Of a stretch of 64,000 nt of DNA, positions 1-10,700 are shown piece by piece. The translations under genes were made by a program, and so were the position numbers. The notes under the pieces are model-generated. The model made no database searches and was not told the origin of the DNA. It saw only the letters and a list, made by a program, of their open reading frames with translations. Each line of letters opens with the position of its first letter. The first letter of the stretch is position 1. The stretch lies in IMG/VR virus record IMGVR_UViG_3300008107_000043, positions 14,521 through 78,520 of that record; one strand, written 5' to 3'. The stretch is from a virus. Taxonomy: Duplodnaviria; Caudoviricetes.

Positions 1-1
1 A

Positions 2-1603
2 GGATTTACTAAGGCACTTGGCGTAGCACAAAAGATTTTGGCACCTATCAAGTCATTACTTGATAAAATTATTGATGCAATCATTGCTATTTTTATTGGA
101 AGGTCTATTGTAAAACTAATTGAATGGTTTGGTAATAAAGATAATCAAGAAAAAGTCAAGAGTATCTTTAAGTTTCTTGGTGAACATTGGCCAAAACTAC
201 TTGCACTGTATCTAAGATTTGGAACAGGTCTTGGTAAATTTATTGGAGGTTTATCCTCACTTCTAATCAGGGGAACTTTAAGACTTGTTCAAGCAGCAGC
301 AGGATTGGCAGCAAGAGCAGGATTGAGAGGTGCTGGCAAGGTTGCAGGATTCCTTGGTGGTAGAGGTGGGAAACTATTAGGTGCTGGATTAGAAATCGGT
401 GCAGCAGTTGCCGGTACTATGGCACTGAGTAAAGGTATTGAGGATTTTGGTGGAGTTAAATTTGCTGGTGGTGGACTTGCAAACTTTAAAAAATTATTTG
501 GATTTTTTGGTGGTGGTACAAGACCTGGATACATCAGTGGACAAAAGGGTGTAGATAAAATTCCCGCAATGCTGAGTGATGGTGAATTTGTTATGTCACG
601 TGGTGCCGTCCAGAAGTACGGTACAAGCACTTTAGAGGCAATGAATGCTTCTGGTGGTGGTACAAACAGACCAAGAATGATTACTGGAACAACTTATGCT
701 GCAGGTGGGGGGCAGATTGGAACTCGTAGTGTTGATCCTCCATTGGGCGGAAATGAAAAAATTGCATACAATCAACTCAAATTAAATTTCCCATCAGCAA
801 AACCTTATCATATTGCTGCTGCTCTTGGCAATTTCTCAATTGAGGCACCTGGATTAAAACCAAATACTGCTCAAATTGGTGGAGGTCCTGGTAGAGGAGT
901 GGCACAATGGGAAACTCCTGGAAGATGGGATACGGCAGTAAAAAGATATGGTCCTGGAGTTTTTAATAACCTGAAGCAGCAAATGGATTATGTTAAGTAT
1001 GAAATGGATACTGGCAATCCAGACTCTCAGGGAAGACCTCAACTTCCTTGGGGAAGACAAACGAAGAGTGCCTGGTTGGGATCAAAAAATTTAAGTGAAG
1101 CAACCAAGAATTTTATGCTTGGATATGAAGCACCAAGCGTACCGCACGAATCTGCAAGAATGGCAGCGGCTAAAAGAATATTAAATTCAAGTTCATCTGC
1201 AAATATTGCATCAAAACCAAAACCAAAAGGTCAGCAACCAAATATGCTGCAGAAAGTTGGAACTGGTATTGCATCTATGTTTGGATTAAATCAACCAGCA
1301 AAAGCAGAACCAGTTTCTAAACCTAAACCCAGATTTGCAGGTGGACTTTCTCCAGATTCTTCTCAGAGAAAGTCATCATCAATTCCAACAATGACTTTCT
1401 CTGCATCAAAATCTAGAGCATCTCAAAGAAATATTTCTGCACCAACTAATTTTATGCCAGAAATAGTTTATGAAGTTGCTGTTCCAAGTTCAACAAAACC
1501 ATCTATAGGTGGTCTTGGTGGTTCTCCTCAAGTACCATCATTTAGTAATGTTCATGCATCTAATAATGCAGTCAGAAATGCAAAGATATATGGAGTAAGA
1601 TAA
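2..1603 (+). CDS. Tail-associated protein with phage tail lysozyme (Phage_lysozyme2-like) domain; 5' end outside the window
   Basis: Frame is open from base 2. DKIPAMLSDGEFVM motif of tape-measure-like proteins; AAALGNFSIE...GRGVAQWE...RW...QQMDY...FMLGYEAP lysozyme-like motif set. Confidence 0.7.
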   Translation, partial: GFTKALGVAQKILAPIKSLLDKIIDAIIAIFIGRSIVKLIEWFGNKDNQEKVKSIFKFLGEHWPKLLALYLRFGTGLGKFIGGLSSLLIRGTLRLVQAAAGLAARAGLRGAGKVAGFLGGRGGKLLGAGLEIGAAVAGTMALSKGIEDFGGVKFAGGGLANFKKLFGFFGGGTRPGYISGQKGVDKIPAMLSDGEFVMSRGAVQKYGTSTLEAMNASGGGTNRPRMITGTTYAAGGGQIGTRSVDPPLGGNEKIAYNQLKLNFPSAKPYHIAAALGNFSIEAPGLKPNTAQIGGGPGRGVAQWETPGRWDTAVKRYGPGVFNNLKQQMDYVKYEMDTGNPDSQGRPQLPWGRQTKSAWLGSKNLSEATKNFMLGYEAPSVPHESARMAAAKRILNSSSSANIASKPKPKGQQPNMLQKVGTGIASMFGLNQPAKAEPVSKPKPRFAGGLSPDSSQRKSSSIPTMTFSASKSRASQRNISAPTNFMPEIVYEVAVPSSTKPSIGGLGGSPQVPSFSNVHASNNAVRNAKIYGVR

Positions 1604-1607
1604 GTAA

Positions 1608-4337
1608 ATGGAACCAAAAGCACTAGCACCTGCAAAAATCAATCCAACAAAACTTCTAGGTGGTTCCTCCTTTGCAATTAAAAAAATTAGTGTATCAAAC
1701 AATATTGGACCTCAAAAAGGTGATTTGGTAGTTATTAAAACTCAAGTTATAGAAGTAAAAAACTTGATCAAAAGTTCTACTTTATTAAAGCAAGTAGAAA
1801 TAACCAAAAAAAGAAAACAAGAAGAGAAGGATAAATTTTCAAAAAAAGAAGCAGAACTTGAAACAAAAAAAGAACAACCAGGAACAGAAAAAGTTAAAGT
1901 TCCTGGGGTTCCCAAATTGGGATTTTTAGAAAGAGTTAAAAATATTATCTTCGCAGTTTTACTTGGAAGATTTGTTGTTAAGATGCTTCCAAATCTTCCA
2001 AAATTACTTGGAGTAGTAAAAGCAGTTAGTACTGGTGTTGAATTTGCTGCAGATTTTTCTGTAGGATTGATTGATGCACTGGGAACTTTTATTCAAAAAA
2101 CAGATGAAGCATCAAAACAAACTCGTGGATTTCTAAAGACTGTGGGTGGGGATAATGCAGTTAAAATTTTTGATGGATTTAATAATGCCGTTAATGCAGT
2201 TATTATTGCTGCAATTGCCGCAACACAATTACCCTCATTTGATAGACTTAAAACTGAACCAGCTGGCGGTGTTCCCTCATCAGGATCTGGTCAAACAGCA
2301 TCAAGATTTGGCAAAAGAACATTAATAAGAACACTTGGTAGGGGCGGTGCAAAAGTAGCACTCAGGGCTGCAAGACCACTTTTAAAAGCAATTCCCATAA
2401 TTGGAGGTCTTATTGATTTTGCAATAAATTATTTTATTTTTAAAGAACCACTTGGAAGAGCAGCATTTAAATCTATTGGTGCTACACTTGGAGCGGTTCT
2501 TGGTGTAACACTTGGTTCTGCAATTCCTTTCTTTGGAAATATTGTTGGTGGTATTGCCGGTGGTAGTGTTGGTGATTGGTTAGGTGGACTTTTATACGAT
2601 ACTTTTTTTGGAAATAAAACCCCACAAAAACCAAAAGTTCAAGGTCGTGCTCAAGGTGGAGCAATAACAAGAGGTGGAAAGTTTACTGGTGGTCCTGCAA
2701 AAAGAGGAGTTTCTAAAACTAAAAAGAGAGGAGTAACTGCACAACCAACAAAATTAAAACCAGGTGCTGACATTGGTGGACAAAAAAATGTTGAGAAAGT
2801 TTTTCCATCTCCTCAAGGTAAAGATAAAAATAAGCAAGTAAATCCTCTTGGATATATTAAAAAATCCAATGAAAAAATTAAGAATGCACCATTCTTTGGA
2901 GCACTATTATCACTCAGGGACAAGGCATTGGTTGGTCAAAAACCAACACCATTAGACTATAGTATTGCTGCACAAGGACTTAATGCTTGGATGAATATGA
3001 CATTCAGTTCTGGTGTATTGAGAGGTGGTGCATTTGCTAGTGGTGGTGAAGTAAATGCTGATATGTTTTTAAGAGGCGAAGACTTAACTCAAGTAATTTC
3101 TAAGTCTCTGCAAGATAATATTTCAAAACAACTTGAAGGAAGTATCCAAGATTTGATGAAGCAGATGATGTTAAAACCTGCTGAAGGTGAAAAGAAAGAA
3201 AATGTTCCATCCACTACTCCAGATGTTGGTGGACAATATTCTCCAGAAGGACTTCAGGGCGAAATATATCAATACCTCCTCTCAAAGGGAATGAGTGACA
3301 CTCATGCATTGGGTATTATGGCAAATATATTCAGAGAAAGTGGATTTAGACCTGGAGTTTCTGAAGCTGGAGGACCTGGAGTTGGTCTATTCCAATATTC
3401 AAGTGGTGGAAGAAAAGATGCTTTCCTAAAGGCAGTTCCTGATTATGCAACAAACTGGAAGGGGCAAATAGATTATGCACTAAGAGAACCTGGTGAACCA
3501 GGACAACAGTACCTTTCTATGAAATTTTCTTCACCACAAGAAGCTGCGGATTGGTTTATGAGAGAATGGGAAAGACCTGCAAAATATATTCGAGATACTG
3601 AAGGTCCAAGAATACACAGAGAATATCTTGCTAGTTTGGAGAAATATAAAACTAAGAGTGGATATAATATTCCAACCGGTGTTGCTCTTGGTGCTGGTGT
3701 AGGAAATCTTTCTGTAGTAAAAAGTCTTGCTGAAAGTATGGGAGTTGATTTATATTCTCATGTAAGGAAAGATAATCCAGATAGTTATCATTATGATGGA
3801 AGAGCAATGGATTTTTCAAATGACAGTGTTGGTAATGGAACACCACAACAACTTTCTCTGGCTAAAGAACTAGTCAAGAGATATGGTGCCACAGCAAAAG
3901 AAATTTTTTATACTCCACTTGGATTTAGTATAAAAGATGGAAAGAAAGTTCCTCCAATTGCTGCTAGCACACACTACAATCATGTTCATGTTGCATTCTT
4001 TGGTGGTGGTTCAACTGGAAAGGGTGGAATTGTAAGAACTCACCCTGGCGAATATATTATTGATAAAGATTCTGTAGATGCTTTTGGAATTGATTTCTTT
4101 GATATAATTAACCAAACTGAAAGTGTTGCACAAAGAAAAAATTCAGCAAAACAACTGATGAGTATTCTTCAGTTCTATGCAGGATATGAGGCAGGTGGAA
4201 GACAAAGAATTAAAGTCAAAGTTCCTGCACCACAAGTATCATATGTTCCTGTACCAGTTCCTGTTGGTGGTGGAATGCTGCCAGGAGGGTCTTCTGCAGT
4301 AGATTCTGATTATGATTCAACTTATATGGGCCATTAA
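1608..4337 (+). CDS. Tail-associated protein with lysozyme-like domain and a second putative peptidoglycan peptidase domain
   Basis: ALGIMANIFRESGF...GVGLFQYS...WERPA (lysozyme-like); HYDGRAMDF...HYNHVHVAF (M15-like metal-binding motifs); hydrophobic Gly/Ala helices in the N-terminal half. Confidence 0.65.
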   Translation: MEPKALAPAKINPTKLLGGSSFAIKKISVSNNIGPQKGDLVVIKTQVIEVKNLIKSSTLLKQVEITKKRKQEEKDKFSKKEAELETKKEQPGTEKVKVPGVPKLGFLERVKNIIFAVLLGRFVVKMLPNLPKLLGVVKAVSTGVEFAADFSVGLIDALGTFIQKTDEASKQTRGFLKTVGGDNAVKIFDGFNNAVNAVIIAAIAATQLPSFDRLKTEPAGGVPSSGSGQTASRFGKRTLIRTLGRGGAKVALRAARPLLKAIPIIGGLIDFAINYFIFKEPLGRAAFKSIGATLGAVLGVTLGSAIPFFGNIVGGIAGGSVGDWLGGLLYDTFFGNKTPQKPKVQGRAQGGAITRGGKFTGGPAKRGVSKTKKRGVTAQPTKLKPGADIGGQKNVEKVFPSPQGKDKNKQVNPLGYIKKSNEKIKNAPFFGALLSLRDKALVGQKPTPLDYSIAAQGLNAWMNMTFSSGVLRGGAFASGGEVNADMFLRGEDLTQVISKSLQDNISKQLEGSIQDLMKQMMLKPAEGEKKENVPSTTPDVGGQYSPEGLQGEIYQYLLSKGMSDTHALGIMANIFRESGFRPGVSEAGGPGVGLFQYSSGGRKDAFLKAVPDYATNWKGQIDYALREPGEPGQQYLSMKFSSPQEAADWFMREWERPAKYIRDTEGPRIHREYLASLEKYKTKSGYNIPTGVALGAGVGNLSVVKSLAESMGVDLYSHVRKDNPDSYHYDGRAMDFSNDSVGNGTPQQLSLAKELVKRYGATAKEIFYTPLGFSIKDGKKVPPIAASTHYNHVHVAFFGGGSTGKGGIVRTHPGEYIIDKDSVDAFGIDFFDIINQTESVAQRKNSAKQLMSILQFYAGYEAGGRQRIKVKVPAPQVSYVPVPVPVGGGMLPGGSSAVDSDYDSTYMGH

Positions 4338-4340
4338 ATA
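4335..4340 (+). promoter_or_regulatory. T4-type late promoter (TAAATA core); same motif precedes many structural genes
   Basis: TAAATA shortly upstream of gene starts at 4335, 5716, 7663, 11818, 14465, 15728, 25695, 29033, 30962, 40238, 40929, 43226 and others; matches the T4 gp55 consensus TATAAATA. Confidence 0.7.
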
Positions 4341-4359
4341 GTGTAGGAAATAAAGTCTT

Positions 4360-5709
4360 ATGAATAATCAAGTATTAACTACAAGAGATGTTAGAAGTAT
4401 TGATGTTCCAACCATCAATGTGATTTCAAATGATCAGAAAACAAATGCAGATATTAGAGATGTTTGGACTGACATCTACTACTATGAAAGTGTCTTGCAG
4501 GAGACGATCAGAGCATCTGTAATGTATGTTGATGCTGGTACATCTATTGAAAAGGATGGCAAACAAAAGACAATTCTTGAGGGGCTGCCTATTGTTGGAC
4601 AAGAAAAAGTATCCCTGAGAGTAAAAGATGCTAATAATGTTGAATTAAAACTGACTTTATATGTCAATAAAATAACTCCAGTAAAACAAGACACTACAAA
4701 GTCTTTTGTGGGACTTGATTTGATTTCTAAAGAAGGAATCTTAAATCATCAAATAAGACTTAATACTAGATTTGATGGAAAAATATCTGATCATATTTCA
4801 AGAATTTTGACAGATTCCAAATATTTGAATACTCAAAAAAATATTGATATTGAGGAAACTAATAATACTTATAATTTTATAGGCAATAATAAGAAACCCT
4901 TTTATGCTGCCATTTGGTTGTCAAAAAAAGCAGTACCAAAAGGAATTCAACCAGGAAATACTGCAGGTTATTTTTTCTATGAGACATCTGATGGATTTAA
5001 ATTCAAATCTGTTGATAATCTTTTATCTACTACAGATTCAAAAACTGGTAATAAAAAGGAAATTAAAAGTTTAATCTATAATCAGACTCCAGATGGTTCT
5101 GGGCAAAATATTCCACCTGGATATAGTGCAAAAATATTAGAGCATAATGTTGATGATGTAAGTGGAAATGTTCAGACAAAACTTGAGATAGGAACATACT
5201 CAACAAAAACAATACTGTTTGATCCATTTAACTGTTACTATGAGGTAGTGTTACCAAAAACTGAAGTTACTGAAGAAAAACTTCAACTTGCAGGTAAAGA
5301 ACTTCCAAAGTTTAATCCGGAGTTTAAAACTAATTTTACAAGAACTCAATATATGTTGATTGATACTGGTACTCTTCCTACTGGAGATACAAAACAGCAA
5401 ATAGAAAAGTCAAAGTTAAAAAACTTTGACCCCAAAAATATTTTGAATCAATCAACAATGAGATATAATCAGTTGTTCAGTACAAGAACAACGATTACAA
5501 TAGTTGCTGATTTTAGTTTGCACGCAGGAGATTTAGTTTTTATTGATGCTGGTGTTCCAGGACAAGAGTTAGGAACTCTTCATAGTGGTTCATATCTTAT
5601 TGCGGATTTATGTCATTATATTAATAAGGCTCAGGGTGGATATACAAAACTAACATTAGTAAGAGATTCTGTAGGTAAGAAAGGATCTCCAACTTATAAT
5701 GCAATTTAA
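4360..5709 (+). CDS. Probable baseplate hub protein (T4 gp27-like)
   Basis: YYYESVL, LPIVGQEKV, GYFFYETSDGFKFKSVD, DFSLHAGDLV, SGSYLIADLCH motifs; position just upstream of gp5. Confidence 0.6.
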   Translation: MNNQVLTTRDVRSIDVPTINVISNDQKTNADIRDVWTDIYYYESVLQETIRASVMYVDAGTSIEKDGKQKTILEGLPIVGQEKVSLRVKDANNVELKLTLYVNKITPVKQDTTKSFVGLDLISKEGILNHQIRLNTRFDGKISDHISRILTDSKYLNTQKNIDIEETNNTYNFIGNNKKPFYAAIWLSKKAVPKGIQPGNTAGYFFYETSDGFKFKSVDNLLSTTDSKTGNKKEIKSLIYNQTPDGSGQNIPPGYSAKILEHNVDDVSGNVQTKLEIGTYSTKTILFDPFNCYYEVVLPKTEVTEEKLQLAGKELPKFNPEFKTNFTRTQYMLIDTGTLPTGDTKQQIEKSKLKNFDPKNILNQSTMRYNQLFSTRTTITIVADFSLHAGDLVFIDAGVPGQELGTLHSGSYLIADLCHYINKAQGGYTKLTLVRDSVGKKGSPTYNAI

Positions 5710-5743
5710 GTTTGTTAAATAGTAGTACAATGCAATCACTAAA

Positions 5744-5956
5744 ATGGATAGTGTAGAAAAGCATATAGAGTATGATAAAAAACTTCTTGATGATCCTTTA
5801 ATTTCTCCACAATCTCGTCGTCATACTGAAGAGGAATTGGAAGCATTAGAAAAGTGGGTTAAGAACCATCCAGAAGATCATCACGATCCATCTTCTTTGG
5901 AACTTTATTGCGATTCAAATCCAGAAGCACTGGAATGTAGAGTATATGATGATTGA
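5744..5956 (+). CDS. cp12: CP12 Calvin-cycle inhibitor (auxiliary metabolic gene)
   Basis: 70 aa with C-terminal LELYCDSNPEALECRVYDD, the CP12 signature; lacks the N-terminal Cys pair, as in phage CP12. Confidence 0.92.
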   Translation: MDSVEKHIEYDKKLLDDPLISPQSRRHTEEELEALEKWVKNHPEDHHDPSSLELYCDSNPEALECRVYDD

Positions 5957-5958
5957 TT

Positions 5959-7659
5959 ATGTCTGAAGGAACATTATTTAATTCTGGATTTTTGGGTGCA
6001 GATTTCAATTGGTGGATTGGCCAAATTGCTGAGGATTCCACTTGGAGAGATAATATTCTTCCTGGAAAGTTTGAAAATAAAGATCAAATTGTTGGTTGGG
6101 GTCGTAGGTATAAAGTAAGAATCATTGGTCTTCACGACCAAGAGAGTACCATACTTCCTTCAGAAAAACTTCCTTGGGCACAGGTAATGTATCCTGTGAC
6201 TGCTGGTGGTGGTCAGTCAGGTTCTTCTGCAACTTCTGCATTAAGACAAGGAAATTTTGTATTTGGATTTTTCTTGGATGGACCTGACCAACAAGTTCCA
6301 GTTATTATGGGAGTTCTTGGTAATAACGCCCAAACTCAACTTGGTGTTAAAACTGGCGATAAGGGATTTGTTCCTTTAACTGGATATAATCGTGTAGACG
6401 ATCCTAATCCTGATGCAAACATTTCAGTTGCAGATAAAAATCTTGCAATTACTAAACCAAAAGGTTCTGAACAATCACAGGAATGTTCGCCCATAGTATC
6501 TGGGGTTACTCTGGATAAGTATGGACTTCCATATGGAAAAGCAACTAAAGCACAGTTGCAAGATATTCAAAGTGCATCTGCAGAAGCAAACGCAAGAAAT
6601 TTAACTGGTAATGCTTTTGATGAGTTTGTCAAGAATGCGGTTCAAAACGGAATCAAAAATCGTTGTGAGCAGGCAAACTCTTCAACATCTTCAGCAAGAC
6701 CTGGAGCAACAATAGAGCAACCTGATAATCCACACCAACAAAGTGTTGCTGATGTAAAGAAGAATGATCTTTATCATAGAAAGGTTGTTCTAATGTCTCC
6801 TTGTGATGTTACAAATTCATCATTAAAAGCAATGCAAGTTGTGATTGAAAATCTAACAAATGATATTAATAAAAAATTAAATGCTGCAGTAAGTTATATT
6901 GATGCTGCTACTGATGTCCTTTCGCAAATTCAAACATTAATTTCAAATGCTGCTTGTGAAATTGCAAAGTATATGAAGACTATCTTTGATAAAATTATGG
7001 AATATGTTTTGAAGAAAATTAATAAAGCAATGTCTCCAACTGTCAGTCTGATGTATCCAAATCAGAGACATAGGTACTTAGACATTAAAGAAAAAATTAC
7101 TGAATTAATATACTGTCTTTATCAAAAAATTACTAATAACCTATGTGCATTAATCCAAGGAATTCTTGATAGCGAACTGGATACAAAAACAATTCCACCA
7201 GAAACCTCTTCACCTACAACACCAATATGTTCTGTTGAATCTTTAACTGGTAAGGTAATTTCTGCAAATATGGGTGCTATGAATCAGGGAATTGATGATG
7301 TCTTGACAAGTATTAATGGATTCTTGGGCGATATTATTGGGGAACTAAACGAAGTATCATCAGTAATAGGTAGCGTTAGTGAGTTGATTAATTCTATAAG
7401 TTCAAGTTTAACTTCTGCACTAAGTTTTCAAAATATAAGTCTTTCTGTTTTTGGTTGTGATATAACTCCAAATTGTGCAGCATCATCCTATTATACACTT
7501 CAAATTGGAAGTGGTGACGCTAAAGATTGTCAGATTCCCAAATTCCCGAATGTTGACTATCAGGCACAAATTTCGTTTAAGGCACCAAAAATTGGTAATG
7601 TTCAATTTGCAACTCCATCCACAAATGTTCCGGATGTAAATGTCCAATTGGGATGTTGA
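5959..7659 (+). CDS. gp5: Baseplate hub subunit, T4 gp5-like N-terminal OB-fold plus helical extension
   Basis: WWIGQI...RYKVRIIGLH...LPWAQVMYPVT...VFGFFLDG.DQQVPVIMGVL is the gp5 OB-fold pattern; ATG at 5959 preferred over TTG at 5953. Confidence 0.8.
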   Translation: MSEGTLFNSGFLGADFNWWIGQIAEDSTWRDNILPGKFENKDQIVGWGRRYKVRIIGLHDQESTILPSEKLPWAQVMYPVTAGGGQSGSSATSALRQGNFVFGFFLDGPDQQVPVIMGVLGNNAQTQLGVKTGDKGFVPLTGYNRVDDPNPDANISVADKNLAITKPKGSEQSQECSPIVSGVTLDKYGLPYGKATKAQLQDIQSASAEANARNLTGNAFDEFVKNAVQNGIKNRCEQANSSTSSARPGATIEQPDNPHQQSVADVKKNDLYHRKVVLMSPCDVTNSSLKAMQVVIENLTNDINKKLNAAVSYIDAATDVLSQIQTLISNAACEIAKYMKTIFDKIMEYVLKKINKAMSPTVSLMYPNQRHRYLDIKEKITELIYCLYQKITNNLCALIQGILDSELDTKTIPPETSSPTTPICSVESLTGKVISANMGAMNQGIDDVLTSINGFLGDIIGELNEVSSVIGSVSELINSISSSLTSALSFQNISLSVFGCDITPNCAASSYYTLQIGSGDAKDCQIPKFPNVDYQAQISFKAPKIGNVQFATPSTNVPDVNVQLGC

Positions 7660-7707
7660 TGATAAATAAGGTTAATGGAAAGACTTTGAAATATAATACT
7701 ACTAAAA

Positions 7708-10700
7708 ATGCCAAATAGTTTTAACACACCAATTAGTATAGATTCTATTAGAGTTGGATATGTTGATCCATCTCTTGGGTTTGTTGATGGCATTACAGTC
7801 TGTCAAGCAAATGATTACGCATACAAAAATCCTGGAACAGTATTTGTTTTTAGGGATGGTAGCAATAATATTAAGTACTTAACTATCAATGAAGTTAATA
7901 AATTAACTACAAATGATATTGTAACCACAGCAAGTACTTGTGGTGGATATCAACAAATAAAAGAATGTGGACCACCTAAGATTCAAATTTTTGGTGGCGG
8001 TGGAGTAGGTGCTGTAGGGAATCCAGTTGTAGGAGAAGATGGTGCGATTCTTGCAGTAGATTTGGTAAGTGGTGGATTTGGATATCAGTTCCCTCCAATT
8101 ACTCAGGCAAAGGATGAATGCCAATATGGAACTGGTTCAGTATTAAGAGCAATTCTTGGCGAAACTATAGAAGAATATGAAACCTTTGAGGGAGAAGAAG
8201 ACTTTGAAGAATATGAATTATGTGAGGATACTAGTGTTGGATATGGTACAAAATACGGACCCAATGGAGAAAATTTAGGTGATTGGGACCCAGATTCATA
8301 TACAAGCACGACAAAAGACCCCATTCAAAATGAGATTGAAAAGTATCAAGAGTCACTTACAAAATATAAAAATCCTTTTTGGACAACAAGAAAAAAACTA
8401 CCAGTAAGAATTAGTTCTTTAGGCAAAGATTTTTCTTCTTATGAGGTGACATTTCCTACTTGGAATGACTTTATGAATTCTTATGCAATTTCTCCAGTTG
8501 CTCCTTCAAATGTTGCTGGCAGTGATTTTGCAGGAAGAATATTTACATTTGAATGGGAAGAAAATTTTCCGTATGATGGAGAGTATGTTTTTAGGGGACT
8601 GTGTGATAATCTTGCAAAACTGTATATTGATGGCGATTTAATCTCTGACTTAAAGGGATTTAATGATTCGGCACAGCCAATTCAAAAAACATTAAAATCT
8701 GGTGTTTATCTTATTAGAATTGACTTATTGAATATTCCAATAACAACGAACACTTCAACAACAACTTCAGTTACTTCTAAAATAAATGCTAAATTTGTAA
8801 AGAGAGGAAATGATTTTTATCTCGATGTTACTGGAAGTGGCACGGGTGAAGTGGATTTATTGATGGAAATTGATGATTCATCTTATATTGCAGGACTTGC
8901 TGCGAGAGAAATTATTATTCCTTCGGATAACGGCAAAGTAAAATTTACAAGGGCAGATGGCACACCTAAAGTAGAAAACATTAAAAAGACTATTAATGTT
9001 ACTGGAGGTCAATCTTATGGACCAATACAAATATTGGGAGCAACTATTGGGGTTGCAAAACCAACTGTAAATAGCAACAAAATTGCTTTATATGATGCTG
9101 CTGGAACTGATGAAAATATCAAGTTTCTTATTACAAATGTTAAAGGAAATGTAACTACAACTTCAATTAATACATCAGCATCTACCCCAAATGTTGCATC
9201 AATTACTACTCAGAATCCTAAAGATTATGTAATACCAGAAGCAAAAATTATTGAGAAGAAAGGTCAATATTATATTCAAGTTGGTGGAACAGGTATAGTA
9301 AACATAACATTTAAAATGGATGTGAATGATGCCTACTATATTGCAGGAATAGCAGCATCAGAAATTAGAGTTCCTTCTGAAAGTGGTACTATTTCATTAA
9401 AAAGAAAGTCAACCATAAGTATCTCCGGGCAATCTTTTCCAAATGCATATGAAAAAGAAGAGACTATTAAAAAGTCTGGTAAATTTGCTGGAGGTAAAAC
9501 TTATGGTCCTATTGAAATAATCAACCAAAATCCAACAGGTCTTCCTCCAAAACTATCTGGTTCAAAAAAACTTGAACTAAGAGATGCTGAAGGAGATGAT
9601 GCAAATATTAAATTTGAAATTGATAATATAGAACCACAAAAATCGACGGTTTCGAATGTTGCTACAGGTACAGTTGTATCATCAAAATCTTGGAATGAAA
9701 ATCCAATGGGCATTTCGGTAACAATTGATGCTCCACCACAACCTGTTCCTCAAGAAAAACCTCCCGTACAAGAAGGTAGATGTCCACCAAATCCTATTTG
9801 GTCTACAAGATTTCCAAGTGCAAAGGAAAATTGGTATCCAGTTCGTTTTCCCAAATGGTCTAAATTTTTGAATAGATATGCACTATCTCCAGTAAAACCA
9901 TTAGACACTCCTGGAAGTGATAGTGGTGGAATATCTTATTCAAATTCTTGGAATGTTAATGCCCCTTTTAGGGGATATTATAAGGTTCGTGGAGAGGTTG
10001 ATGATATTGCAAAAATTTATGTTGATGGAAATTTAGTTCTAGATCTATCAAGAAGAGTTGGTAAAACTAGTGGATCGGAAAAAGTTTTATTGGAAGAAGG
10101 TAATCATACGATAAAAGTTGAGGTTGAAAATTATTCTTCAGAATCTTTCTCAACAATAAATCAAAAAATCTTTAGTACTCTTGACTGGCAATCTCCTCTG
10201 ACATCTACATCTTCTAATATAAAAGCAAAGTTTATTCAGAAAGGAAAAGATTATTATTTGGATGTTTCTGGGTTTGGATCTGGTGAAATTTCTTTTGTGA
10301 TGGATGTCAATGATGCACCTTACATCGCTGGTCTTGCTGCGAAGGAAGTTATTATTCCTTCAGACGGCGGTAAGTTAATGTTTACTAGAACTGGCATATC
10401 TCAAAGAGATTCTATTTCATATTTTAGTATCCCAAAAGAAGAGACTATTAAAAAGTCTGGTAAATTTACTGGAGGTAAAATTTATGGACCAATACAAATA
10501 TTAGGTGCTACAGTTGGTGCAGGAACTCCAAAAGTTTTCAATAATAAGTTATCTCTATTTGATGCTGCTGGGACTGATGAAAATATCAAACTTGAAATTT
10601 CTAAAATAGAACAAACTGCAAAAAATTCAGTTACATCAAGTTCTGTTTCTTCTGGTACATCAAAGGATGGTGTAATATATCAGGGACCAGAAATTTTTCA

